Shown here one piece after another: positions 31,810 through 42,085 of a DNA stretch of 64,000 nucleotides. The translations under genes and the position numbers were made by a program. Within the stretch, counting starts at the first letter, position 1. Each line of letters begins with the position of its first letter. Below the pieces are notes generated by a model. The model made no database searches and was not told the DNA's origin. It worked only from the letters and a program-made list of their open reading frames with translations. Source of the stretch: a virus (Duplodnaviria; Caudoviricetes); IMG/VR virus record IMGVR_UViG_3300008111_000023, positions 12,183 to 76,182 of that record; one strand, 5' to 3'.

Positions 31810-32666
31810 CTAAAGGCGTATTAATTTTTGCTCATAATGGCCCAGAAGTAGATTACGGTGTAATGGGTATAATTTCTGGCGGACTAGCAAAAAAACATTT
31901 GGGATTACCAGTCAGTTTAATAACAGACAAATGGACTATTGCTTGGTTAAAAGAATCAGGGATGTATGCTAGAGCCGAGTCTATTTTTGATAAGATTATT
32001 GAAATTGAAAAGCCTAGAACAAAAAATACAAGAAAACTGCATGATGGTTTCTACAGCCAGACAATTCCCTTTGTAAATTCAAATAGATTTTCAGTTTGGG
32101 ATTTAAGTCCTTACGATCAAACTTTGCTAATTGATAGTGATTATCTAATTTTTTCTAACAAACTAAATGAGTACTGGAACACAGATAGTAGCGTAATGTT
32201 AGGACATTCTATGAATGACATAACGGGTGACCGTAGTGGTATATTAGATCAACGTGTAAGTGAAACTGGGATTCATATGTTTTGGGCTACCACAGTAATG
32301 TTTACTAAAAATGAAGAAAGCAGATTCTTTTTTAAATTAGTTGATTATATTAAAGACAATTACAGATATTATGCCGACCTATTTAGATTTGATCCAAGAC
32401 AATATCGAAATGATATTTCATTCAGCATTGCTAAACATATCATGAACGGGTTTGAAACAGAATTTATTTACACTCTTCCTCCTATTCTAACGGTGTTTGA
32501 CAAAGATATTTTGCATGATGTAATCGAAAATCGATTGACATTTCTAATTGAAAAACCACTCAATTGCGGAGATTTCTGGGCTGCAACTACACAAGGATCT
32601 GATGTTCATATTATGAACAAACAAAGTATTATTAGAAATAAAGAAAAATTACTGGAGTTAATATGA
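31806..32666 (+). CDS. GT-A-fold nucleotide-sugar transferase-like protein
   Basis: KGVLIFA N-terminal strand, SPYDQTLLIDSD (DxD) motif, RNDISFSIA. Confidence 0.65.
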   Translation: MTKGVLIFAHNGPEVDYGVMGIISGGLAKKHLGLPVSLITDKWTIAWLKESGMYARAESIFDKIIEIEKPRTKNTRKLHDGFYSQTIPFVNSNRFSVWDLSPYDQTLLIDSDYLIFSNKLNEYWNTDSSVMLGHSMNDITGDRSGILDQRVSETGIHMFWATTVMFTKNEESRFFFKLVDYIKDNYRYYADLFRFDPRQYRNDISFSIAKHIMNGFETEFIYTLPPILTVFDKDILHDVIENRLTFLIEKPLNCGDFWAATTQGSDVHIMNKQSIIRNKEKLLELI

Positions 32667-33505
32667 ACTTTGGTTATTTAATTGTAGTTGCTTCAAATAA
32701 AGATATAGACTATCTTAAATTAGCCTATGCTCTTGCATTAAGTATTAAAAATACTCAGAAGCCAGGATATGATAACGTTGCTTTAGTAATTGACAATCCT
32801 CAACTAGTTGACAATTTAAAAAGCCCTTGGGTCTTTGATCATGTTATTGCTTGGGATAAGGAAACGTATTGGGATGGTCGTAGTTGGATGGATCAATTAT
32901 CTCCTTTTGAAAATACAGTATGTCTTGATGCAGATATGATTTTCCTTAGAGATCATAGTCACTGGATTGATTACTTTATTGAAAATTGTGAATTATATAT
33001 TCCCTCAAAGGCATTGACCTATAGAGGCGAAACAATTACAAATGATTTTTATAGAAAAACATTTACAAAGAACGGTCTTCCTAATTTATATTCTATGTTT
33101 ACTTTTTTTAAACAGGGATCTGAAATTGCAACAGAATTTTTTAATCTAGGTAGATATATTATAAAAAATCCTTTGGAGTTTAGTAATTTATATCTTACAA
33201 AACATAAACCAAAAGTTGTTGGAACAGATGAAGCGTTTGCCTTGAGTGCAAAGATTTTAGATATAAGTGATATTGTAAGTTATGATCTAGCGTTTCCTAA
33301 CATTGTTCATATGAAACCTATGGTTCAAAATTGGTCATGGACTGCTGATAAAGTCACTGAACATGCTGGTTTTTATTTTAATATCCAAGGAAAATTAAAA
33401 ATAGGAAATTATCAGCAACATAATATTGTGCATTATGTTGAAAAAGATCTAGTTAATGACGAAATAGTTAGTATGTTAGAGGAGATTGCATGGAACAAGA
33501 ACTAA
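32663..33505 (+). CDS. GT-A-fold nucleotide-sugar transferase-like protein (paralogue of the upstream gene)
   Basis: YLKLAYALALSIK, SPFENTVCLDAD (DxD), TDEAFALSA and HMKP; GT8-like layout. Confidence 0.65.
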   Translation: MNFGYLIVVASNKDIDYLKLAYALALSIKNTQKPGYDNVALVIDNPQLVDNLKSPWVFDHVIAWDKETYWDGRSWMDQLSPFENTVCLDADMIFLRDHSHWIDYFIENCELYIPSKALTYRGETITNDFYRKTFTKNGLPNLYSMFTFFKQGSEIATEFFNLGRYIIKNPLEFSNLYLTKHKPKVVGTDEAFALSAKILDISDIVSYDLAFPNIVHMKPMVQNWSWTADKVTEHAGFYFNIQGKLKIGNYQQHNIVHYVEKDLVNDEIVSMLEEIAWNKN

Positions 33506-34083
33506 TGGATTTTGACGAGTGGATCAAATTACCAGTCAATCAAACCGTTGAATACTATGCAACATTTAAAGATGACGGATCTTTAATTGGAATATATCCT
33601 TCTCATGCGGTATTTGATAATACAAATAAGATAAAAATTGATGAAGAAATTGCTACAGCAGTGTCCACAGGTGCGGAAAATTTATTTTCTTATAGGGTTG
33701 ATCTACCAACTAAGAAATTAGTTAAATTAAACAAATTTTCCACTCATAGTCTAATAAAGATTGATGATATCTTGCATAGAATAATAGATAAAAAGTGGTC
33801 AAATATGCAAGATCCTGATATCACAATTTCACATGATACAAAAAATAGTACATTAATATTTTCAATGAGCAACAAATACTCAAATAATATTATTTGGGAC
33901 GGTGCAACTGAAATGATTTTTTTAGTAACTGATTACAACGACCCCAATGTCCTCCTTCATATGTTAAGCATTAGGGCAGGCGATATTACAGAAAATACAA
34001 AATTATTTACATTAGATTTGCCAAATAGATTTAGTGTTTACACAAGACGAATTTTTGACAAATATATATTTGAAACAATATGA
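33490..34083 (+). CDS. Hypothetical protein
   Basis: 197 aa, GGAG RBS, translationally coupled within the GT cluster. Confidence 0.7.
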   Translation: MEQELMDFDEWIKLPVNQTVEYYATFKDDGSLIGIYPSHAVFDNTNKIKIDEEIATAVSTGAENLFSYRVDLPTKKLVKLNKFSTHSLIKIDDILHRIIDKKWSNMQDPDITISHDTKNSTLIFSMSNKYSNNIIWDGATEMIFLVTDYNDPNVLLHMLSIRAGDITENTKLFTLDLPNRFSVYTRRIFDKYIFETI

Positions 34084-34991
34084 AAACAATAGAACTTGAC
34101 ATTGTATTTTTAAGTTATGACGAGCCCAATGCAGATAAGCATTATGCTGATTTATGCAATAAACTTCCTTGGGCTAAACGAGTTCACGGAGTGAAGGGTA
34201 GTGATGCTGCACATAAGGCAGCAGCTGAGTTAAGTGAAACTGAATGGGTTATCACGGTTGACGCTGATAATATAGTTAATCCTAAATTCTTTAATCTAGA
34301 CATTGATACAAGTAATCCTAAGATACAGGTATATAGCTGGTTAGGAAAAAACAAACTTAATGGCTTACTTTACGGTAATGGCGGACTTAAAATATGGAAA
34401 CGAGATTTTATTCTCAATATGAAAACTCATGAAGCTAGTGAAAGTGATCGTGCTCAAGTAGACTTTTGTTGGGAAGATGGTTATCGTCAATTTAAAGAAT
34501 GTTATAGTGATACTGATATTACCGGAAGTCCTTTTCAAGCATGGAGAGCAGGATTTCGTGAAGGCGTTAAGATGACCTTGCTTGACGGAATTAAAGTGGC
34601 ACCACAAGAGATTAGTGAACGTGTTTGGTGGCACAATTTGCATAGATTACGTATGTGGTCAACAGTTGGTGCTCATGAAGAAAATGGACTTTATGCCATA
34701 TATGGTGCTAGATTAGGCACTTGGTTAGCAAACTGTACCGACTGGAATTATGTAGAGGTTCGAGACTTTGAAATCCTTAAAGGTATTTGGAATCAATATG
34801 GCCGCCCATTTGAAGAATTAGGCGGTAATGGTCTAGATGAAGAAATTAAATCATTAGGTGAAAAAATTAAATTAGAACTAGGTTTTGATTATCCCTATCT
34901 AGATAGTCAACAGAGCAAATATACTTTAGATTTGTACGAAGAAACTATCAAATTAACAAATACATATATGAGGACCACTGATGGTCTATGA
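34080..34991 (+). CDS. GT2-like glycosyltransferase
   Basis: DIVFLSYDEPNA...RVHGVKG...VITVDADN (DxD), YGNGGLK, PFQAWRAGFREGVK. Confidence 0.65.
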   Translation: MKTIELDIVFLSYDEPNADKHYADLCNKLPWAKRVHGVKGSDAAHKAAAELSETEWVITVDADNIVNPKFFNLDIDTSNPKIQVYSWLGKNKLNGLLYGNGGLKIWKRDFILNMKTHEASESDRAQVDFCWEDGYRQFKECYSDTDITGSPFQAWRAGFREGVKMTLLDGIKVAPQEISERVWWHNLHRLRMWSTVGAHEENGLYAIYGARLGTWLANCTDWNYVEVRDFEILKGIWNQYGRPFEELGGNGLDEEIKSLGEKIKLELGFDYPYLDSQQSKYTLDLYEETIKLTNTYMRTTDGL

Positions 34992-36666
34992 TATTTTTTA
35001 TGTAAGTAAAAATATTATTGATGAACAAAATTGGAAACAATTTCGTTCTAAATTTCCATCTTCTCAAAAAATTGATAATGTAAAATCGTTTGATGACATT
35101 AAAAAGAAAGCATTTACAAAATTCTTTTGGGTTGTATGGGATGATTTAAACATTGTTGATACTTTTAAATTTGATTACAAAGTTTCTACATGGGATCAAG
35201 ATTATATTCATGTGTGGTTAAATGGTGAAAACTACGACGGTGTTGTATTGTTTTCAAAAAAGTCAGTTCCCTCGGAAAAAGAATTTCAACATAGATTTTA
35301 TGTTAACAAAAAAGAAATCGATATAGTAGCTAGTAAACCTAAAAAATACCCTATTTTTATTATTAGCAATTATGCAGAATATCAATCTGCATTAAAAAAT
35401 TCACCTTTAACAATGTTTTGGGTAGTATGGCCAAACATTGAAATAATTAATGATCAAATTTTTGAAACTTACTTTAGTCACCATAATTCCTATGATCGAA
35501 ATGAAAATCATGTGTTTAAAAATATTTCTAACGATCAGGAATCGTTTGTTAACGGTGTTGTGTTATTTTCTACAAATAAGCCAGTATCTAAGAAAGAGAT
35601 TGAACATAGATTTTTTATAGATAAAAAAGAACACAATCTAGTGGCCAGCAAATATAAACCGTACGACAAATTTGTAATCGATACGTTTAGCGATTACGAA
35701 CATGCTCTTAACACAGCTGATACAGATATGTTTTGGGCAATTCCTCCGGAAGTTGAACCTGTACCAGATTTTAAATTTGATCTTCAATTTCCATACCAAA
35801 ATAAGTATGAGCTCAGTATAAATCACGTCTTTAAAAATATTGATGTTGAAGAAATTAAGTACAACGGTATAATGTTATTATCGAAGAAAAGACCTATTTC
35901 TGCAAGAGAAGTTGAATATAGATATTTGATTGAAAAGAAAGAATATGACCTTGTGGCAAGTAAATTAAAATTATACGATATTGTGTTTATATCTTATAAC
36001 GAACCTAATGCAGATGAAAATTTTGCTAACTTAATTGATCGATTTCCAAGAGCTAAACGTGTACACGGCGTAAAAGGTATTCACCAAGCACATATTGCAG
36101 CCGCAAAATTAGCAACAACTCCAATGTTTTGGGTAGTAGACGGTGATGCAATAGTAGAAGATGATTTTCAATTTGACCTACTACTACCTAAACACGATAC
36201 AGATATTGTTCATGTTTGGTTAAGCAAAAATCCTATCAACGGATTAACATACGGCTATGGTGGTGTTAAATTATTGCCTAAAAACTTAACTATTAATATG
36301 GAAATGACTAGTGTTGACATGACTATGGCAATTAGCAAAAAATTTAAAGTTATAAAAGAAGTTAGTAATCTAACAGTTTTTAATACAGATCCGTTCAATA
36401 CTTGGAAATCTGCGTTTAGAGAGTGTGTAAAATTAGCCAGCCGTCCTGTTGATTCTGGATATCAAGAAGAAACTGAAGATAGATTAATTACTTGGTGCAG
36501 TGTTGGATCTGATAAACTTTATGGAGAATATAGTATAGCAGGAGCTCGAGCTGGAAAACAGTACGGGCTATTGAATATTGCCGATGCTAACCAGTTAAGA
36601 AAAATTAATGATTTTGAATGGTTGCAAAATCAATTTAATTTATTGCAACCCTTAGTAGAAAAATAA
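34981..36666 (+). CDS. GT2-like glycosyltransferase with three N-terminal degenerate repeats
   Basis: C-terminal domain DIVFISYNEPNA...RVHGVKG...WVVDGDA...YGYGGVK...WKSAFRECVK is paralogous to 34080; preceded by three repeats of about 100-115 aa. Confidence 0.65.
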   Translation: MVYDIFYVSKNIIDEQNWKQFRSKFPSSQKIDNVKSFDDIKKKAFTKFFWVVWDDLNIVDTFKFDYKVSTWDQDYIHVWLNGENYDGVVLFSKKSVPSEKEFQHRFYVNKKEIDIVASKPKKYPIFIISNYAEYQSALKNSPLTMFWVVWPNIEIINDQIFETYFSHHNSYDRNENHVFKNISNDQESFVNGVVLFSTNKPVSKKEIEHRFFIDKKEHNLVASKYKPYDKFVIDTFSDYEHALNTADTDMFWAIPPEVEPVPDFKFDLQFPYQNKYELSINHVFKNIDVEEIKYNGIMLLSKKRPISAREVEYRYLIEKKEYDLVASKLKLYDIVFISYNEPNADENFANLIDRFPRAKRVHGVKGIHQAHIAAAKLATTPMFWVVDGDAIVEDDFQFDLLLPKHDTDIVHVWLSKNPINGLTYGYGGVKLLPKNLTINMEMTSVDMTMAISKKFKVIKEVSNLTVFNTDPFNTWKSAFRECVKLASRPVDSGYQEETEDRLITWCSVGSDKLYGEYSIAGARAGKQYGLLNIADANQLRKINDFEWLQNQFNLLQPLVEK

Positions 36667-36683
36667 TAATCTATACTAGATGC

Positions 36684-37547
36684 TTAATTGGCATCTCTAT
36701 CATCCGGACTTTTACCCCATCCGAAATGTTCTCTTGCTAAATCTCTAGCATATTCAGCATGACCGGGCGGAAGTACGTGCCCACACGCAGTCATTTGTTC
36801 GAACGCTCCTTTATTGAACCATCGATCATTGATCTTATCAAATTCTAATAAATCAAACCAAAGCATTCGAAGCCATTGATTTTTAGAGTTATTAACTATT
36901 TCTTTGTATTGCCAAAATTCACCTACGGTGTTTAAGAAAATAGGATCTCTTCCAATTCTCCGCTTAACATAATTTTTAATTTGTAAACATTCTTTTAGAT
37001 AATCAATAAGCAATTCTTCATCACTGAGTGTTGTCCAAATAGCTTCAAACAATTTTTTATGTTTACTTTCATATCCTCGATAATGAAATCCCGGAATAGA
37101 TGATTTAACCCAATTAAAAATTTTCCCAATATCTTGTGTATCTTCGTGATACCAACCTAATCTTCCAATGCTTGTTAAGCCTATGAAAACATAATCTGGC
37201 AAGTCTGCTCGACTTCTTAATGATTCAAGATAGGCAATAGTTCTAGTTGATATGCCCGTCATACATGATCCGCCAATGGCCCCATTAACTACATTAACAG
37301 TGTCATTAACTAGCATAGTATCAACTAGTTCACCTAATAATGTAGCCCACACATATTTCTTATTACTAAGTTGCCAATGATTATGTAAATCAAGATTTCT
37401 ATCTAGCATTGCATGCCTTTTGTTACACCATGCTACGTCAAATTCTACGTCGCAAGAATGATGCCCTGGATACAAATCTGGAAAAACTTCTGGATCAGAC
37501 AATCCGTCGCCAGCAGTAAAACTATCCCCATTTACATAAATTTTCAT
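36684..37547 (-). CDS. SGNH/GDSL-fold hydrolase or acyltransferase-like protein
   Basis: N-terminal IYVNGDSFTAG (block I), NGAIGGS (block II) and C-terminal CGHVLPPGH (block V-like). Confidence 0.6.
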   Translation of the reverse strand: MKIYVNGDSFTAGDGLSDPEVFPDLYPGHHSCDVEFDVAWCNKRHAMLDRNLDLHNHWQLSNKKYVWATLLGELVDTMLVNDTVNVVNGAIGGSCMTGISTRTIAYLESLRSRADLPDYVFIGLTSIGRLGWYHEDTQDIGKIFNWVKSSIPGFHYRGYESKHKKLFEAIWTTLSDEELLIDYLKECLQIKNYVKRRIGRDPIFLNTVGEFWQYKEIVNNSKNQWLRMLWFDLLEFDKINDRWFNKGAFEQMTACGHVLPPGHAEYARDLAREHFGWGKSPDDRDAN

Positions 37548-38344
37548 AATTCAAATCCTACTTCTAATCCTCGAGATAAATTTTGATGCATGAGTTGTTT
37601 AATTTCCCATTTATTCTTTTTAAAGTTTCCTAAAATAATCCACGGTGGCATAACTTGTAAATTATTTTGATTGCACCACTCTATATATGCTGGATTAGGA
37701 AGAATACCTTTATTTAATTGTGGATTAAATACATATTCAAACCTAGCCGAAATTGTTTTGTAATTGCTAGTTTCTTCATCAACTGAACTTCCAGTAATCC
37801 ATTGGTCATACTGATGTTTTCCTAAATCGTCAAATCTTAAAATTAGATCGTGTTGTGAGTATTCGCAATCTTCCGGCTGTATTTTAATATCAATATTTTC
37901 TAAATATGCTCCGTTTGTATTAGTAAAATAAACAGAATAGTAATATTCTAAAGAATGAATGTATAAATTAATATTTTGCCAGGATTTCACAAAGCTGGGA
38001 TAGTTTTGTTTCGTATTGTCTCCGTTGACTATATTTTTTAATCTGTCAGTGTACAATACCCATTTTTTATGTGACGCATTGAGCCATTGTTGATCAATAC
38101 CAACAATTTTATTAAACATGATTTGAGGTAGATTTTTTTCTACAGCAAACTTATTAACTATATCAATTGCAGCATTTAGATTATTAATAGTCTCATTAGA
38201 ACGAGTTATAAACGAAGTATCTCTAGCAAAATAACTCATATTCATTTTTTTAGAAAAAATGCTTTCAAACCAAACAGACGCTATGGGTGTATTGTTAGGC
38301 TCTAATTCTAAATAGTCGCCTGATTTTAAAAAAATAAATTTCAT
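37544..38344 (-). CDS. Hypothetical protein
   Basis: 266 aa with ATGA overlaps to both neighbours. Confidence 0.7.
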   Translation of the reverse strand: MKFIFLKSGDYLELEPNNTPIASVWFESIFSKKMNMSYFARDTSFITRSNETINNLNAAIDIVNKFAVEKNLPQIMFNKIVGIDQQWLNASHKKWVLYTDRLKNIVNGDNTKQNYPSFVKSWQNINLYIHSLEYYYSVYFTNTNGAYLENIDIKIQPEDCEYSQHDLILRFDDLGKHQYDQWITGSSVDEETSNYKTISARFEYVFNPQLNKGILPNPAYIEWCNQNNLQVMPPWIILGNFKKNKWEIKQLMHQNLSRGLEVGFEL

Positions 38345-39549
38345 TTGAGTTTTGGAAAAATACTATTTAAATCTTCGTTACGCACAGTATCAATTTTTTC
38401 TGTAAAATATTTAAAGTATTCCCACTGTCCGTTGGCTTCTGGAGTGTAGTAATGGCCATAGAGATCTTCCCAATTGCGTCGATCAATAATACCGTGTAAT
38501 GAATTAATTTTATCCTGTCGCATTTGTTTAGGTAGTATATTAGCCGATAGATAGTCTGGGCTTTGAACATGATTTAATCCTACTCTAATGCGTATTTTAT
38601 TGTTGGACAAATATCTTTCTAATTCGTCAACATACATAAAATTATAGACGCTGACAGTTTGAGTTACACGATAAATGAATTTGTAATTATTTAAAAATAA
38701 TTTTAAGTTATTAATGGTTAAATCCCAATCGCTTAAACTTCTAATGTAAGTGTTGCGTTCTCCAACATCATCGATGCTGAAACTAATATGTACTTCTTTA
38801 AATTTAGTCAATAGATCCAATGCTGGAGTAATCTTATCCCATTTGTAATTTAAATTTGTGTGATAATGTATAGCAATATCAGTTTTGCCTTCACGTACTA
38901 ATTTTTCTAGTAGTTTAAAGTGAGTAGGTACAAGAAATGGTTCGCCGCCACTTATATGTATTTGTTCTAGATTAGGAGCAAATTCTGTTAACCTGTTGTA
39001 AAAAGATTCATCGTCTACCCAATCAAAACTAAAATCAGGATTACTTTTAATCCAATGATAACCACTAGCTAATTTGACTGTATCTTTTAATTTATAGTAA
39101 TCTTGAATCCAACTTGTGCTAGAGTCTGCATTACAGCTTCGACATTTTAAATTACAAAAATTTCCTAATCGTAATTCAATGTGACGAAGATCTGTCTTAA
39201 TAGAGCCGTCGGCAGCGGTTAGTGCAGCGTGATCTAAATTACGATTGGTTTCCTGTTGGCGCTTACTCTTTCCGCCAGCCTGTTCAATTTGATGGCATCC
39301 CTCACATGCAGTCGGTACCTTGCCTGCTAACATGTCTAGTCTAATAGTTTTATAATTATCGCAGTTAATAATCTCTGGTATATTACTATTCATAACTGTG
39401 ACAGTTTTAGTTTTATCTTCACTAACCCTGTTCCAGCTATGTCCGTTGCCCTTACCTGAATGTTTGGCAACACAACAAATTGTACAATTGCCTTGTGGAA
39501 ACACACTCAGATGTATCCAAGGAAAATCACAAATAAATTTATCACTCAT
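38341..39549 (-). CDS. Radical SAM enzyme with N-terminal Cys-rich (SPASM/twitch-like) domain
   Basis: CNLKCRSC, SGGEPF, YHTN, SFSIDD; N-terminal C..PW...CTICC...CEGC. Confidence 0.9.
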   Translation of the reverse strand: MSDKFICDFPWIHLSVFPQGNCTICCVAKHSGKGNGHSWNRVSEDKTKTVTVMNSNIPEIINCDNYKTIRLDMLAGKVPTACEGCHQIEQAGGKSKRQQETNRNLDHAALTAADGSIKTDLRHIELRLGNFCNLKCRSCNADSSTSWIQDYYKLKDTVKLASGYHWIKSNPDFSFDWVDDESFYNRLTEFAPNLEQIHISGGEPFLVPTHFKLLEKLVREGKTDIAIHYHTNLNYKWDKITPALDLLTKFKEVHISFSIDDVGERNTYIRSLSDWDLTINNLKLFLNNYKFIYRVTQTVSVYNFMYVDELERYLSNNKIRIRVGLNHVQSPDYLSANILPKQMRQDKINSLHGIIDRRNWEDLYGHYYTPEANGQWEYFKYFTEKIDTVRNEDLNSIFPKLK

Positions 39550-40760
39550 AATGTATCAAACCATTCGGCTAATTCTGGTACAGCCGTTCTTATATCTTCT
39601 TTTCTAATACGGTCTAACTTTATAGTATCTCTTTTAAATTTTTGTTGTAGTTCTAATGTTTTTTCTAGAGAAATTGTTGAGTTTAAATAAAATTTAACTT
39701 CGTTATATAAGTTAGCTAGCCATCGACTTTCTTCTTCAGTTACAATTGAAGTTATTTTTTCTAAATGTTCATCTAGTTGTATTCTTACTTTATTTTTTAA
39801 CTCTTCAGGTAGTATTGAAGACATATAATGTTGCGGCCAGTTAACATGACTTACTAGTACTTTTCTAGTTGACATTTTTAATTCTATTAGTTTATCAATT
39901 AATTTAGTAAAATTAAAAACAGTGAGAATATTTATAGTAGTTGATACTACATAACCAACATTCGATTGCGATAAACGGACTAAGTTTTCTTCCACTCTAG
40001 GCCAATCGGTTCCAGATCTACTGTACTCTGCATTTTCATCAATGCCGTCGATACTTGCAAAAATTCTAACATCTTTAAATCGTTTCCAAATATCAACTAG
40101 ATCGTAATCTTTATACTTGATAGTACTCATGTTGGTGTTGTAACGCAAAAACACATCATATCGTTCTTTGGCAATTAACTTATCTAATATCTGATAGTGT
40201 TCAGCCATAAGTAATGGTTCACCGCCAGCAAAGTAAATCTCTTCAACATCATCAATAAACTGATCAACGTATTTCATTAAATCAGTTCCGTAGTATGAAC
40301 TATCAAGAAATTTTATCTTAGTTTTCTTTTCCTCAGGAGTGAAGTCGTCAAACCAAGAACTGCTACTACCATGTCCGCACATACGACATTTAAAGTTACA
40401 GATATTACTAAATCTAAAATCCCAAAAAATTATTTCAAATGTTTCGTAGGTACCGTCGGGTAATGTATTACTTTTAGCTTTTTCGATATGATGGCTGAAT
40501 CTTTCAGTAACCGCCATTCTATAGCTTACACCCCCGCTGTCTTCTTTTTTAGTACAGGTTAGGCATCCTTCTGGAATTTTATTTTCTAAAAAGCTTCTAC
40601 GCATAGATTTAGTATGTTCGTTATTCCATATTTCTTCTAGTGTAGTATCTTTTAAGTTTCCAAAGTCTTGCCCAAGATACGCACAACAAGGCTTAACACG
40701 ACCGTTAGGTTCTGTATTAAGATGTATCCACGGCACTATACAAAATTTATCTTCGCTCAT
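39546..40760 (-). CDS. Radical SAM enzyme with N-terminal Cys-rich (SPASM/twitch-like) domain
   Basis: CNFKCRMC, AGGEPLL, YNTN, ASIDG; N-terminal CIVPW...PNGRVKPCC...GNLKDTTLEEIWN...CLTC. Confidence 0.92.
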   Translation of the reverse strand: MSEDKFCIVPWIHLNTEPNGRVKPCCAYLGQDFGNLKDTTLEEIWNNEHTKSMRRSFLENKIPEGCLTCTKKEDSGGVSYRMAVTERFSHHIEKAKSNTLPDGTYETFEIIFWDFRFSNICNFKCRMCGHGSSSSWFDDFTPEEKKTKIKFLDSSYYGTDLMKYVDQFIDDVEEIYFAGGEPLLMAEHYQILDKLIAKERYDVFLRYNTNMSTIKYKDYDLVDIWKRFKDVRIFASIDGIDENAEYSRSGTDWPRVEENLVRLSQSNVGYVVSTTINILTVFNFTKLIDKLIELKMSTRKVLVSHVNWPQHYMSSILPEELKNKVRIQLDEHLEKITSIVTEEESRWLANLYNEVKFYLNSTISLEKTLELQQKFKRDTIKLDRIRKEDIRTAVPELAEWFDTL

Positions 40761-42085
40761 ATTGTGTTAAACCATTCTATAAATTCTGTTGGGAATACAC
40801 TAGCTAATGCGATATTTTTTCTATCGGCATATTGTTGTGTAAAACTTTTTAAATCGTGCACCTTATTGGTTTGGCTGTCGGTATCTTCTTGACTGCGATC
40901 AACGTTTCGAAGATATACAGCTATTCTCTCTATTTGATTACTTTCAGCAGGACTTAACCCAACAACATTACTTAGCCAAGTTTCAATTTTGTCTGCTTGT
41001 GCTTGTTTCAAATTATCTGGCAATACATTTAAATTTTGAAAACTAGGAAAACGCACTAGATTAAGACTCATATGGAACTGATGCCCGCCAAATTGTTTAC
41101 GTAGTTCTAACATGTCTGTCATAAACTCTGTTATGGTCCAAATGCTTAGGGCACTAATAGTCATCATAACATGTATCATGTTATATTTCCCTTCTTTGGC
41201 AAACTGTATTAAATTATTACGCCATACTGTATAATCTAATCCATGACGAACAAACTCGCCGTGGGCACCGTATCCTTCGCCGCTAGTATACAGATCAAAT
41301 TTCTTAAACTTTTTACTAGCATTGATTAGTTGATGTAGTTTTACCTGATCCATTACTAGATTACTGTTAACGGCAAAATCAAAATTTGTACCTTCACATT
41401 CATCTAACAGTTTCCAAAATGAAGGACTACGGGTAGGTTCGCCGCCTGTAATTCTTAGTTCTTGTAAATTGTTTTTAAGGCTAGCATGAAACCATTTAAA
41501 AAATGCTTCAATGTAGGGATTGTTTTCATTTTTAATTCCGTAAGGCAAAGCATGTTCTCCAGCATTTTGAAATGCTCCACCGCCAGCTGTCTTTAATTCA
41601 ATATATGGTCCGTTAACTTTAATATCGCTAGCCCAGGTAGAACTAAACTCTGCGTTACAATAACTACAACTTAAATTACATAAATTATCAAAACTAATTT
41701 CTAAAGTTTTTGGATCAATATCTGATCCAGGATCTAATTTAGCTAGTTGAAGTATTTCATCTTCTTCGTAAATCCTAGTCTTATAAACTCGATCACTGTA
41801 TACATCCGGTGCCGCATTATCCTCAACAGTCCAGCAATAAGCGCACTCGTCACACCGCTTACCAATTAGCATTTCTAATCGACGATCTTTCTTAAAGGTT
41901 GTATTATGTAGTGCGGATGGATTACGACTGATCTCGGCTATAGGTATTGTATGCGCCGGCGGCAAATGACAACTAGCTGTTCTTCCGTTGCCTAACCATA
42001 TAGTAGCGTTATACCATTTTGCGGCACAAAAACTAGGACTTATTTCATTAATAATTTCTATTGTGCGTTTTACGTTTGTTGGCAT
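40757..42085 (-). CDS. Radical SAM enzyme with N-terminal Cys/His-rich domain
   Basis: CNLSCSYC, TGGEPT, NSNL; N-terminal FCAAKW...SCHLP...CAYCW. Confidence 0.9.
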   Translation of the reverse strand: MPTNVKRTIEIINEISPSFCAAKWYNATIWLGNGRTASCHLPPAHTIPIAEISRNPSALHNTTFKKDRRLEMLIGKRCDECAYCWTVEDNAAPDVYSDRVYKTRIYEEDEILQLAKLDPGSDIDPKTLEISFDNLCNLSCSYCNAEFSSTWASDIKVNGPYIELKTAGGGAFQNAGEHALPYGIKNENNPYIEAFFKWFHASLKNNLQELRITGGEPTRSPSFWKLLDECEGTNFDFAVNSNLVMDQVKLHQLINASKKFKKFDLYTSGEGYGAHGEFVRHGLDYTVWRNNLIQFAKEGKYNMIHVMMTISALSIWTITEFMTDMLELRKQFGGHQFHMSLNLVRFPSFQNLNVLPDNLKQAQADKIETWLSNVVGLSPAESNQIERIAVYLRNVDRSQEDTDSQTNKVHDLKSFTQQYADRKNIALASVFPTEFIEWFNTI

